Positions 25,389-36,669 of a stretch of DNA of 64,000 bases are shown here, piece after piece. Numbering within the stretch: the first letter of the stretch is position 1; each line of letters begins with the position of its first letter. The position numbers and the translations under genes are program-made. A model generated the notes under the pieces. The model saw only the letters and a program-made list of their open reading frames with translations. It was not told the DNA's origin and did not search any database. The stretch comes from Lama glama (Eukaryota), in contig CM052832.1 in the NCBI GenBank assembly GCA_028534125.1, positions 34,534,001-34,598,000 on the forward strand, read 5' to 3'.

Positions 25389-26053
25389 TAAAACTGAAAC
25401 TGCCATATGACTCAGCAGTTCCACTCTGGAATATCTGGGAAAAAAAACAAAAAAAACTAACTTGAAAAGATACATGCGCCCCAGTGTTCACAGNNNNNNN
25501 NNNNNNNNNNNNNNNNNNNNNNNNNNNNNNNNNNNNNNNNNNNNNNNNNNNNNNNNNNNNNNNNNNNNNNNNNNNNNNNNNNNNNNNNNNNNNNNNNNNN
25601 NNNNNNNNNNNNNNNNNNNNNNNNNNNNNNNNNNNNNNNNNNNNNNNNNNNNNNNNNNNNNNNNNNNNNNNNNNNNNNNNNNNNNNNNNNNNNNNNNNNN
25701 NNNNNNNNNNNNNNNNNNNNNNNNNNNNTGAGATAATCAGAGAGACAAATACTGTATGTTCTCACTGACATGGCATCTTAAAAACACAACAAACTAGTGA
25801 ACATAACGAAAAAGCAGCAGACACACAGGTAGAGAAGAAACTAGTGTTTCCCAGTGGGGAGAGGGCAGGGGCTGGGGGAGGTGCAGGGATTAATAGGCAC
25901 AAACTATTAGGTGTAAAATAAGCTACAAGTGTACGTTGTGCAACACGGGGCGTGGAGCCAGTCTTCTGTAACTGAGTGGAAAGTAACCTGTAACACTTGC
26001 AAATCACTACATTGTGCGCCTAAAACTTACATTGTACGGCAACCATACTTCAT
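25389..26053 (+). mobile_element. LINE-1 3' end (ORF2 C-terminus and 3' UTR), interrupted by the assembly gap
   Basis: CTGCCATATGACTCAGCAGTTCCACTCTGG...AAAAGATACATGCGCCCCAGTGTTCACAG and GACAAATACTGTATG...ACAAACTAGTGAACATAAC...AAAATAAGCTACAAG are typical laurasiatherian L1 3' sequence. Confidence 0.85.
25494..25728. other. Assembly gap (235 N)
   Basis: Run of N in the sequence. Confidence 1.
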
Positions 26054-26837
26054 CATGAGAGAAGAAAGAATCACGAGAAGGCAGGAGTGCACAGGAAAGG
26101 GTGCTGGCCGCAGGCTCTGCGCAGAGCGGTCACCAGCTCGAGCCTGGCCCCGCTCCGCGCCCCAGGGGCCCATCCCTGCAGGCCCTCTGCCGTCCAGGCC
26201 AGCCCACCCCACCTCCTGTCTCTCCCTCGGCGCTGATTCTGGTTCATTCTCCACTTATCTCTGCACTTTTTTTCAGTTAAAAGTGACGGGTTTGTTGACC
26301 CTGCCCTAGAACTCCACGTCTGTGCCCGGCGGGGGAGGCCTGCAGTTAGGGCCAATCAGACTTACCTCAGAGGCATTTGTTGGATGTGTTTTTAAGCTTC
26401 ATTTTCAGACTTGATGTTTGTAGACTGTGGAGACTTTAGAGTGACCAGCCTCCCACAGTCACCATTCCTGACATCCATTGCGTTGATGGGCCAGAGGCGG
26501 GGAGGCCCGGGAGACAAGCCCGTCCCAGAGCATGCCCTGCAGGGGCCTCTGACACGAAACTCTGGATGTCTGTGCTTTATCCTGGCGTTTGCCTCCCAGA
26601 AGGGTAGACTTTTGAAGGTAAATTTCAGTTCTACCCAACTCCTGTTCTAGTTGAATTAGACGTGCTTTCAACTCTCAGGACTTCAAGTACATACGCGGAG
26701 CCTGCCAAGTCCAGAGCTCATGGCGAGCCTGTCTGTGTCTCGGGTCCTGTCCAGAATCTGGGAAGTGGGAGCCTGGGCCCTGTTGGCCTCTGCTGGTGTC
26801 TGCGTGCCCAGCACTTGCTCTGGTCTGTCTCCTGCAG

Positions 26838-26918
26838 CCCTGCCAGTTTGAGCGGTGCGTGGTGCACACCTTGCAGTCGCTGAGAGGGGTCCTGGAGTGC
26901 AAGCCCGGAGAAGCCAGC
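26838..26918 (+). CDS. EXOC2: EXOC2 exon ~18 (81 nt)
   Basis: cctgcag|CCC TGC CAG...GCC AGC|gtaagt; encodes [27 protein letters not shown]. Confidence 0.96.
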
Positions 26919-27175
26919 GTAAGTGCGGGGTCAGCCCCCCGGGGGCCTGGGCACCTCACGGGGCGCAGCTGCGGAGCTGCTGCCCGGCACGTCTCTCAGG
27001 CCACGGTCACCGGCGTGGACGCGCCGCCGTGACCTCCTCTCCACTCCCGTCCCCTCCAGAGTCTGGTTACCCGCTGGACGTGATTTTCCAGGGTTAAGTG
27101 TTTTGTATGGAACTTCATAAACAAACAGGTTTCTTAGCTAAGTACAGAACTTTCCACCAGAAGTCTTCCTTGCAG

Positions 27176-27235
27176 GTCTTCCAGGAGCCTAGGACCCAGG
27201 AGGAGGTCTGCCAGCTCAGCACCAACATCGTGCAG
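27176..27235 (+). CDS. EXOC2: EXOC2 exon ~19 (60 nt)
   Basis: cttgcag|GTC TTC CAG...GTG CAG|gtactc; encodes VFQEPRTQEEVCQLSTNIVQ. Confidence 0.96.
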
Positions 27236-27810
27236 GTACTCTGGGGGGGGCCGGGCGCCCCGAGGCCCGCCGCAGCGCGGGTTAGTCCCTGCCTCGTCCC
27301 AGGGTGCCCCTCGGGTGCCGTGTTAGACGTGCGTTCGCTTCTCTTGAGTGCACGTGGTTTATGGTAAATAAGCGCGAGGCGAGAGTCCCAGCTTGCGCTC
27401 CTGTCTGCTCCGCTCCGCTCCGCCCTGCTGCGGCTCGTGGTGTCAGCACGGGTGCAGCGCCGTGACCGCTGCCTGCGCTGTCCTAGACCGTGGAGTTCTG
27501 GGGACCAGAGCCTTGGGCACACGAACAGGGTGAGCGAGCACGTGGGTGAGTGGGGGGAAGGAAGTACACTCAGGACCTCAGGGCTGTGTCAGAGCACAGG
27601 CACTTTAAACTGTCACGTAACGTGGCGTGTGCTGGGCTGTCTCCCCAGCTCTCACACACACGCAAGTGCCTCTGTGTGCGGGGCAGTCAGTACATACCAC
27701 TGACAGGACGGACACTGTATTTCTGGTTGTTTGTACAGAATTGTCTTTAGTGTCCACATAGATGAGTGTCTGAGAGCTCATACCACTGAAACATCCTGCC
27801 TTTGACTTAG

Positions 27811-27872
27811 ATTTTCATACACTGTCTGGAGCAGCTGAGCACCAAGCCCGACGCCGACGTGGACACCGCACA
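27811..27872 (+). CDS. EXOC2: EXOC2 exon ~20 (62 nt)
   Basis: gacttag|ATT TTC ATA...GCA CA|gtgagt; encodes IFIHCLEQLSTKPDADVDTA(H). Confidence 0.96.
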
Positions 27873-29206
27873 GTGAGTATGGCTGACGGCCGCGCTGGCG
27901 CTCTTCGTCCTCTGATCTTGTCTCGGCTCTGCTAGAGACGCATCGAGCAGACTGAGCACACAGCTTGCGAATCACCCAGAGGAGCAGGTTTTGTAAATAA
28001 AAACGTGGGAAATTAAACACATGTCTCCTGTCAGCCCTTCGGCGGCTCTGGCATCTGGGCGGCACCAGTGCTTGTTAAGGACTGACTGTGCCGGGGGCTT
28101 GCGTCCAGCTCCAGCCTGACACCCACAGACCTGGGTGACGGTGTTTCTACCAAGCTGTTCTCTGAGGGTTTCGGAAAATCTAGTGTTTCTGAGTGATGTT
28201 TGGCACGTGTGACTTCTGTGTACCTGAGGCTTATGCTCCGACACAGATGACACGGAAGTAAACCCCTCTGAGACCTGGGTGGGCAGCTGGGGCTTCTCTG
28301 TGTCTGCTTCCACGTTCACCTGCTCTTTGCCCCTCAGTATGTGAGACCCTCGTCTGCCTGAGATGCTCTTCTGGTTTTAATTTGACTTCACATGTTTAAC
28401 ACATGAATTTATCAGAAATCTGTACTGTTGATCTGCTCCCCGATGTTTTTAAATTAAATAAGTCTTTCCCTCTTGTTTTGTTATAATTTCCGTTTCGCTC
28501 ATTGAATTCTAATATATAGTGAAGGTATTTCTGAACTCTGCCGTCTGTTCATTCACATGTTTCCTATCAGTTTGTGTTGTTTTAGTTACATTAGTTTAAT
28601 TACTATTAGTTCATTTTTCAGTGTTTTTCACATTGGATGTCCTTTTATTGTTTCTCTATTTTAAAATATCATTTGACATTTTCGCCTATTTAGTCTTCCG
28701 TATGAATTCTGTAATCAGTTGTTTAGGCTTGAAGAGGGCAAATCCTGCTGCATTGTTGATTACGATTCAGCCAGATCTGCAGATGAATCAGTGGCTCAGT
28801 ATTTCCTGCCCTGCAGTTTTGTGTGTCTGGTCACTTGTGGGTTATTAACTAATTTCCCAGCTCACCCGTACATCATCTGCTATAGTCCTGAGCTTGAAAA
28901 AGCTCCTCTGGATTCTGATGGGCAAAAGCATTTAAATTGGGAAAGTCTACACCTAGAAATTAAATTATTGGCATTGGGAAGACTTGGGGGCACATCTCAC
29001 ATGGCCCATGTTAATAGTCCATGGTGTCTACTTTGAGCTGTCAGTTGTCACTGTTAAAAAAACAAAGTTACATGATTTTTGACAAAAAGATTTTGAAGTC
29101 AGACTCGTCGTGTTTTATGCGGTGTCGCTGCTGGGCGACGTTGCGCACACACTCTCAGTCTCGGTGCTTTACCTGCGACTGTTCTCTCACGTGCTTCTTT
29201 ACTCAG

Positions 29207-29273
29207 TCTTTCCACAGACGTTTCTTCTCCTGATTTGTTTGGAAGTATCCATGAAGATTTCACTTTGACTTCT
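29207..29273 (+). CDS. EXOC2: EXOC2 exon ~21 (67 nt)
   Basis: tactcag|T CTT TCC ACA...ACT TCT|gtaagt; encodes LSTDVSSPDLFGSIHEDFTLTS. Confidence 0.95.
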
Positions 29274-29868
29274 GTAAGTGAGCTCGTAAATAATAAAGAT
29301 GGTAAATGGAAAGTAAAACATGTCATTTTAAAACTATGTAATGACTGTTTCATAACTTGGTCTGAATTACTCTGTGGCCGCATTACTGCTGTAGCTCTAT
29401 GCTTTTGAAGCCGTTTTATTTTGTGAAAATTTTAGTAAACGTATAATTTTGTATGGCTGCCACACTTTAAAACCTTTCAGCTTAAGTTGCGCCTTGTGTG
29501 GCTTCACCCCGTCTCTGCGTCCCGCGGTTTCTGCGTGTGATGCGGCCCTGTGGAGCCCTGGTGTGCGGACACTAGAGAGGAGGGAAGACAGGCACGCTGC
29601 CCACATTTTTCCTCTTTGAGCAGAGAAGCTCTGCTTTTCTCTGTTGGCTTGTAAGCTCCCTGGTAGCATTTTATCTGAACAATGTTCCATGGCAGAACCA
29701 AAACCAAAGCACCTGTTCTGTAAACACACGTACTTTTTAAACATACGCACGTATTTAGGGGTGATTCACACTTCCACTTTCTCACATGTGCAAAGTCAGC
29801 TGTTGACTCTGAGCCCCAGCTGTCTTAAAAAAGAAACAACCCTCTGGTTTGTCGTCGGTGTGAAGGGG

Positions 29869-29936
29869 GTGTGTGCGCGTGTGCGTGTGTTTGCGTGCGT
29901 GTGAGTGTGCGCGTGTGTGTACGTGCGTGCGCGCGT
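29869..29936. repeat. Alternating purine-pyrimidine (TG/CG)n tract
   Basis: gtgtgtgcgcgtgtgcgtgtgt...gtgtgtacgtgcgtgcgcgcgt. Confidence 0.9.
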
Positions 29937-30345
29937 TTCAGGAAAGAAAACACGTGATCTGGATCTCCTGCTGTGTATCCTTCCCACAGTTACTGGAAGT
30001 ATGACTTCCTACATGAGGGATTTGTTATATTAAGAGAAGTATGGTTTAATCAAACTAATTTATTAAAAAAACTACTCTGGGTTTAATTCCTTGGACGACT
30101 CGTTGGACAGTAGTCCTGTTTGTGGAGAGAACTCAGAAGAAAACAGGTTCTAAAGAAAGGCTGAAACTCAGTCTGGGGCCAGACGTGCTGAATGGGTGCT
30201 GTTCGGCGGGGAGTCGGTGGCTGACCCCTGGGAGAGAAGCCTAGAAGCAGACTTGTGACTCAGCGGTGCTGCGTGGGAAAAGGCCGGGAGTGGACGGGAG
30301 TCCAGGGGAAAACAGTTGAGGGAGAAGAGGGCCACACGTGTGAGC

Positions 30346-30505
30346 ACGACATCGGGTGCCAGCACTTGGGGCTCATGTTGGCGTGCTGCTACTTAGGGGT
30401 GACACTGGGGTGTTGGCACTTAGGGACGATATTGAGATTCTAGGACTTAGAGATAATATCGGGGTGCCAGCACTTTGGATAATATTGGGGCAGTGGTACT
30501 TAGGG
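30346..30505. repeat. Degenerate minisatellite, about 27-bp unit, 6 copies
   Basis: Units end in cacttggg, tacttaggg, cacttaggg, gacttagag, cactttgg and tacttaggg at about 27-bp spacing. Confidence 0.8.
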
Positions 30506-32902
30506 AAGGCCAGAAGCAGAAAGCTCGAGGCTCCCAGGCCAGGAAGACTCGGAGAGAGGAGCTCCAGATGGAGCACTTGGCTCCTGACGCAGGTGGGGAA
30601 ATGCATTTAAACCAGTGCAGGCTCAGAGGGAAGGGCCCATGGACCTGGCCGTCCTCAGAGAGTGGGACAGCCAAGGGGCACCTGCCTGCACTGGGTCGCA
30701 GTGGTTCCTGCACTGTGAACGGGAACTGAGGAGAGAGCCTCTTGGCTGAGGGCGGCCTTGCTGCCTCTGAAGCCCTGAAGCTGTTTCTCAGCCTCTGGGA
30801 CCTGCCTGGTTTCCTCACAAGGAGCTTCCCAGGGCTGGGGCACTGCCATGTGCTGACGCCAGGACCGTGGAGACGTTTCCTGGCCAGTGTGCTTGTGGGG
30901 GGTCGGTTCTCAGAGCACAGACCCCCCCAGAACCACAGCTCAGCTCTCCTGCTGATGGGCACCCAAACCCCGAAGTTCCACAGTTGCTCTTCTCTCTCCT
31001 TTCCATTCTCCTGAAGTTGTTCCAGACTTGGTATCAAGTTCAGTCCCTGTGTTTTCCCCGGTGGATTCTCCTTAGCCTCGGCCCAGATGACTGAAGCAGG
31101 GTCGTGCTCTGCTATCCCGTGGAGACAGTTCTGGGAAGAAGACTGGCGAGGGTTCTGGTTTGGTTTCCGGCCTGCTGCTGGCTAGCTGGTAGACCTCGGG
31201 CAGGCCCCTGGGGGCGCCGTGCCTGCGTCACAGAGACTGGAGAAGCTGGAGTAGGACGTGAGGCCAGCGTCCTCGATGCGGGTGCCCCTTGGGTGGGTTG
31301 AGTTGTTGTTCTCAAACGCGCTTGCTCGTGTAAGTTGTTCATCATTTTTTGATGAGTCATCTGAGTTTAAGAATTTTATTTGTGTGTTCAGTTTTTCTTC
31401 CCACTTTTATTCTGGTTGGTTCTGTTGCAGAGAAAAATACGCTTACTAAGAGTAAAATTTCAAATTACTTGACACAGTTTTTCCATTTTGGGGAAGAACC
31501 ATTTAGATTACAAGAGTACCCATCGCCCAGAGTTAATGAGCACGGCTGGCTTGGGTGGGCGGCTGTGGGAGGCCAGGACTTGGAGGGCGGGTCCTGAAGG
31601 AAAGTCATTAGGGGTGATCGTGGAGCTGAGAGGCCTTTGGGATTTGTGCGACACAGCCAGCGTGGTGTCGTGGCGACTTCAGTTCAGGCCCTTCACACAT
31701 GGTGGTGTCACCCGGCGTGGGCAGGAGTTGGCACCTCCTGGTCCGTCTCACGCGGTTTGAGCACAATGTGGAGGAGTTTACCTTGTTTAAGCGTCTGTTT
31801 CCCATCCATAGAGTCGTTCCAGTGTTGATAACCTTTCATTGCTTTGAAAACACCTTAATAATTTCTGGGCCTTTTAATTATGTTTGTTGATGACCACAAA
31901 ATGCAGTGAATAGGCCACACTCTGCCAGAAATGAATTAAAAATGAAGTTTTAAATAAAGACATGGAGAGTTTTACACGTTGTGAAGGAACCAAGTGGAAT
32001 TCTAGGGGTGATGGGGGTTTGGTGAGCGTAGCCTGTGGTCTGTGCACCTGCCGGGTTACTGACATTAGCCTGAGTTACCTGGATGAGCACAAAACAGCAG
32101 GCCGAGTGTGGGTGTGACCTTCTCCTGGAAAGAAGTTTTGCCTTAGTTTTTAGTCATGGGGTCTCAATCAAGGCCCTAAATTAGTCACAGTTGTTCCAGA
32201 GAAGCCCTCACCTGAGGGAGCAGGGCCAGTGCCATTCCTGGAACTTCGTGTTCCTGGAGCAGTTCTGAGCTGTAAGAGGATGCTTTATTCATCAGCTTTT
32301 GGGGTCTGGTAATTTTGGTACGAAGTTTCCTTAAGCAGCTGGAAGCCTGGGGTGTGTAGACTGGTCCCTTCGTGACCGCCTGTGGGGGGTTCGCTGGCCT
32401 CTGCCCCTCACTCCCCGTAAGAGGAGACTGTTTCGCAGAGGAACCTCTGTGAAGGCCCCGTTTTTTGAAGGAGCCCGTCTGGATAGCATTGTAGCTTTCT
32501 TGTAAGTTATGAAGAATGTAGAAATCAGTCTCTTGAGAGTTTGTACATTTTTTAAATTACTTTGGAATGTCAATTTTTATAGCTTCTTTGTTGTTGTTGC
32601 GAAGAGCAGCAGATAAAGTTAACAGTACAGTCGGCCCCTGTCCTAAGAGTAGTGCTGGCCTCCGCTCCGTTCACTGTGTGCCCGGACAGCCGTCACACGC
32701 CACAGGGACGTCGTTGGCTCGTGTGCTGCGTCCTAACGAGCAGTCAGTACAATGAAAGACCATGTTGTGTTTCTCTCTATTGGAAAAACGAAGCGTTGAG
32801 TGTGGATGTGAACACTGAGAGATTATAACTGATCAGTCTTACCTGTCTGTCCCCCACTGTGCTTCTATAAATGTAGTTTTCTGAGCGTTTGATTGGTTTT
32901 AG

Positions 32903-33019
32903 GAGCAGCGACTTTTGATCGTCCTCAGTAACTGCTGTTACCTGGAGCGTCACACCTTCCGAAACATCGCAGAACATTTTGAAAAGCACAACTTCCAGGG
33001 AATAGAAAAAATAACACAG
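32903..33019 (+). CDS. EXOC2: EXOC2 exon ~22 (117 nt)
   Basis: ttttag|GAG CAG CGA...ACA CAG|gtaagt; encodes [39 protein letters not shown]. Confidence 0.97.
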
Positions 33020-33320
33020 GTAAGTGATCGAGTTAAACGGACATGTGGCTACGTCCCCGCCTAGCTTCCAGCCACGTTCCCAGCTCCCTCCCTCCACGCC
33101 CCCTGCACCCCCTCTCTGAGTCGCTCGCTTCCTCTGGAGCCCCTGTGCTCCCCACCTGAGCTCTTCAGAGCCGAGGAGGCGGGAAGGAGAGAAAGGCAGC
33201 AAACCCGCGTATTCAGGAGTCACCTCTGACTCCTTCCAGCCAGGGCAGACCCTTCGCCCGCGGAGCTCCCGCTCCCTCCCTCCCTCCCGTCCCGCGGCCC
33301 AGCACATGCAGAGGCGCTGG

Positions 33321-33403
33321 GCGCGCGCGCACACACGTACACACGTGTGCGCACACAGTCGTGTGCATGTACACACGTGTGCACACGGATACACGTGCAC
33401 ACA
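33321..33403. repeat. Alternating purine-pyrimidine (CA/CG)n tract
   Basis: gcgcgcgcgcacacacgtacacacgtgtgcgcacaca...acacgtgcacaca. Confidence 0.9.
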
Positions 33404-34894
33404 GACTGGCGTCCCGTGCTGCAGGTGTGCTGGGTCTCTCTGAAAGGTGCACAAGGGCTGGACAGAAGCAGGTCCTGTGTAAATCAGTGGAGGAGGGTTT
33501 TTTTAGATGTTACACTTTGTTGTTTATATTTTTCAAGTAAGCAGAAAAGAAAAAAAATGAAGTAATCTTGTTATTATTAAAGGTTGGTTGGTTCCTGGGC
33601 AAAGGTTTATCAGATTTCTAAGTAAAACTAAGCTAGAACCACTTTTTTAATGTCAGTACAGTTTTCTCAGAGCAAAGAATAAGAAAGATAGTGATCTTGT
33701 TAATCTTAGAATCAGAAAGCACTCTTGATGGATTGCACATGTTTCGTGGTGATGATTCTAGTTCATGAACTAGACTGGGATTTTTTTTTCAAAGACTGAA
33801 AATGTCAGAGTGGGTGGCTGTTTTTTGTTTTCCTGCCTTTTCGTAAAGATTAATCATCCTGATGAGAAATGCTGTGACTTCAGGCTGTAGGGCCAAATGT
33901 TGAGTGTATTTCCAGAAATTTTTGTGTGAAGAATTGCAAGGTGGTCTCTTGCAGTGAGAAGTTAGTGTTTGTAGAATGTGGGCACTTCGCTTTCATGCAG
34001 TAACAATAATGGCACTAATCTTTTATCACTTTGGGAGCAGATTAAATGATTAGGAATTGCATATTACAACAAGCAGTCAGTTTGGGTTTCTAGGTTTTTA
34101 CTGAGTTGTAAGTGGGAGCTCTTCGTGGAATTCAGTTTGCGTCGTGAAGAAGCAGGCTGAAAGTGACGTGGAAGCGGGCTTTGCTGTCCGTTCCAGGCTC
34201 CTCCAGGCCGTGTGAGGTCACTGGGACGGGAGGGGCCGGGGCGGGCTGTTTCCAGGACGTAGAATTTGGAATTGAGTATTTTGAAGTCATCCCGCTGTGT
34301 ATTAAAGGAATAGACAATAAACTAGATTTTGATGACGGTGTTTGTGCTGATACTGTTTTTTATGAGTGAATCCATCAATTTCTTGGTGACAGTCAAGTGA
34401 AGTTTATTTCTTGCATTGAGGTGGAGAGGCTGTCAGCCGCCACTGCTTTTCATAGTTCCTTTTCCAAAGGGCGGATGACATGACACTGGGGGCCGAGGTC
34501 CCTTGAGTCTCAGGGCACGAGGCCCCCGCACGCCGCCTACCCCCGCTCTCGCCGCCCCTGCCCTCGGAGGGGAGGGCTCCCTGAGCTTCTCCGTAGCGTC
34601 GTCTGCTGCTCGGACCCCGAAGTTCTCTTGGGCCTCCTTCCAGCCGTGGTCGGGGCATTGCCAAGGGCTCTCCAGGCACCGTTCCTTCTGCTTCCTGGTT
34701 GGTACTTCTGCCCAGAGAGACACGGACATGGCAGCCTTGTTTATTCCTTTTAGCTTGTTCTTTGTCTTCAACAGTAGAATTAATTTTAACACAGGAGCAG
34801 TACCCAGATACTCCTGCTTGTTAGGAGCTTATTGAAACTTAATGATCGCTCGTTGTTTAAAGCTAGAATGATTTTATATAGACAGTTTTATTTG

Positions 34895-35030
34895 CTGCAA
34901 ATAACTCTGTGAAGTAATTAAGGAAACTGTTATTAACTCCATTTTTTTTTAAACAGAAATGTACTCAGAGAGGTTGACCTGTAAGTAGCAGGACTCAAAA
35001 TTAAGTTTTCTTGCCCTAAATCCAGAACAA
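34895..35030 (-). mobile_element. MIR SINE fragment
   Basis: AATAACTCTGTGAAGTA...TTATTAACTCCATTTTTT...ACAGA...CTCAGAGAGGTT follows the antisense MIR core. Confidence 0.55.
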
Positions 35031-36669
35031 TTTCTGGCCCAGGGCCAGATCTTAAAGAACAAAATTGTTTCTGTGAAAATTTACCGAAGAAAAGGACGTG
35101 AGGCTGGTTGATGAACACGTGTCATGTTGGACTTCTGTGAAACAATGTGAAGTGGTGAACGTGACGTTTACTGGACCAGCTCCCGGGCCTGCTCTGCGGC
35201 AGGCCCCCGTGAGCCCCGACTGGGGCCGCTGGCAGCCCACGTGCCCTGGGGGTCTTCCATGCCGTGGCCGGCTCAAGTCTCAGAAGTGTTTTCTCCAGTC
35301 ATGCGTTTATTTCCTAATTATAAAAGTAAGACCCAGTCATTACTTTTAGGAAAAAAAATACTGAAAATTAAAAAAAATCTGAAGTTGTCCTCAGTAGCGA
35401 AGACCGCACGGCGGTCTCACGCCTGTGTGTGTGCCAGCTGGCACTGTGGCTCTGCCGTGTCCCCGTGTCTGCCCGTGCCCCGGAGGAGGTGATGCGTCTC
35501 TGAATCCAGCCTGCAGGGAGCGCTGGTCTGCTGTGAGCACTTTTCCAGGAGTTTTATGGCTTTATAATCTTTGTTAGTGTGGATGCACTTTTTTTTTTCC
35601 CACTTTTTTCCTCCTGGCAGCCCTCAGCTTGCTTTGGTGGTTCTTGGTCGCGTTTCTCGCTTCCTCACGGTGGACTCCAGAGGCGCCTGGCGAGCTCTGT
35701 CAGGTCTCCTGTCGGGAGCTGGTCCCGTCACAGCTGGCCATCGTTGCTGACGAGCAGGTTTAACTCGATGGATGAAAATACTCTTTGATGGTATATTAAT
35801 TTGCATACCTTTCCCTGCTGGGCAAGGAAACGCGTTTCCTTCTGTGCACGTCTGTTCTAGAGGAGTTCCTTCTAAAGGTGCTGAGAGGGTTAAGGAAACA
35901 CAGCGTTCTGCATTTTAAGTATGCAAACCAGACTTGCCGCAAGTCATTAGTTCTTTGAGCCCTTTGAGAAGGGAAAACCAGAGCTCTGTGGTTAATAAAC
36001 TTCAGCTCATAATTTTATCCCTGTGAGCTGTCCCTGCATAGTTCCAGGGACTTTTTCTGCATATGCAAAATGCTATTTCAGCCTGTCCCGGTCTTTTAAA
36101 AGCAGTTACCTAATTTAGGGTTTGGATAATCGAAGATTTTTGACTGACTGAAGCATGTAGTCATTAAACGAACAAGTCTGGCATTAAATTCTTGATTGAG
36201 GTTTTGTGTGAAGCCTCCAGTCTCTTTCAGATATTCCAATGTGGAGGTGGGACAAGGAGTGTTTTTTCAGTCTGTCCAGGGAGGGTCCTTGCAGCGATCG
36301 GGTCTGAACAGTCTGAGTCGCTCCTGAACTGCAGGTACCAAACTTTGCACGTCCTCTGTTCAGACCGCTGGCGTAGCGTGGGGTCAGCCCCCGCTGTGAC
36401 TGGCTCAGTGTTGGCGCACTGCTCCCCTTGAAGGTGAGCTCTTTCCAGGTATTCCCGCGTGAAACGCGTTTTCCCTCCGAAGGAGCGGCTCTCGTGCCGC
36501 CCCTTCCCTGGGGTCACCTCTGCGCTTTGCAGTTCCTGAGTCCTGCGCTGTGGATCGTTACCTGTGTTTGAGCTTTAAATGTGGTGTGTGTTTTCCTCTG
36601 AACCCCCGTTCTCCTCGGTACTGCTTTTGAGGTTTACCCGTGTTGCTCCGTGCAGGTTATGCCAATTTG

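Noticed and set aside
30346-30505. Regularly spaced repeats suggestive of a CRISPR-like array
   Set aside because: The units are tandem and degenerate with no unique spacers, in a mammalian intron with no cas genes. It is a minisatellite.
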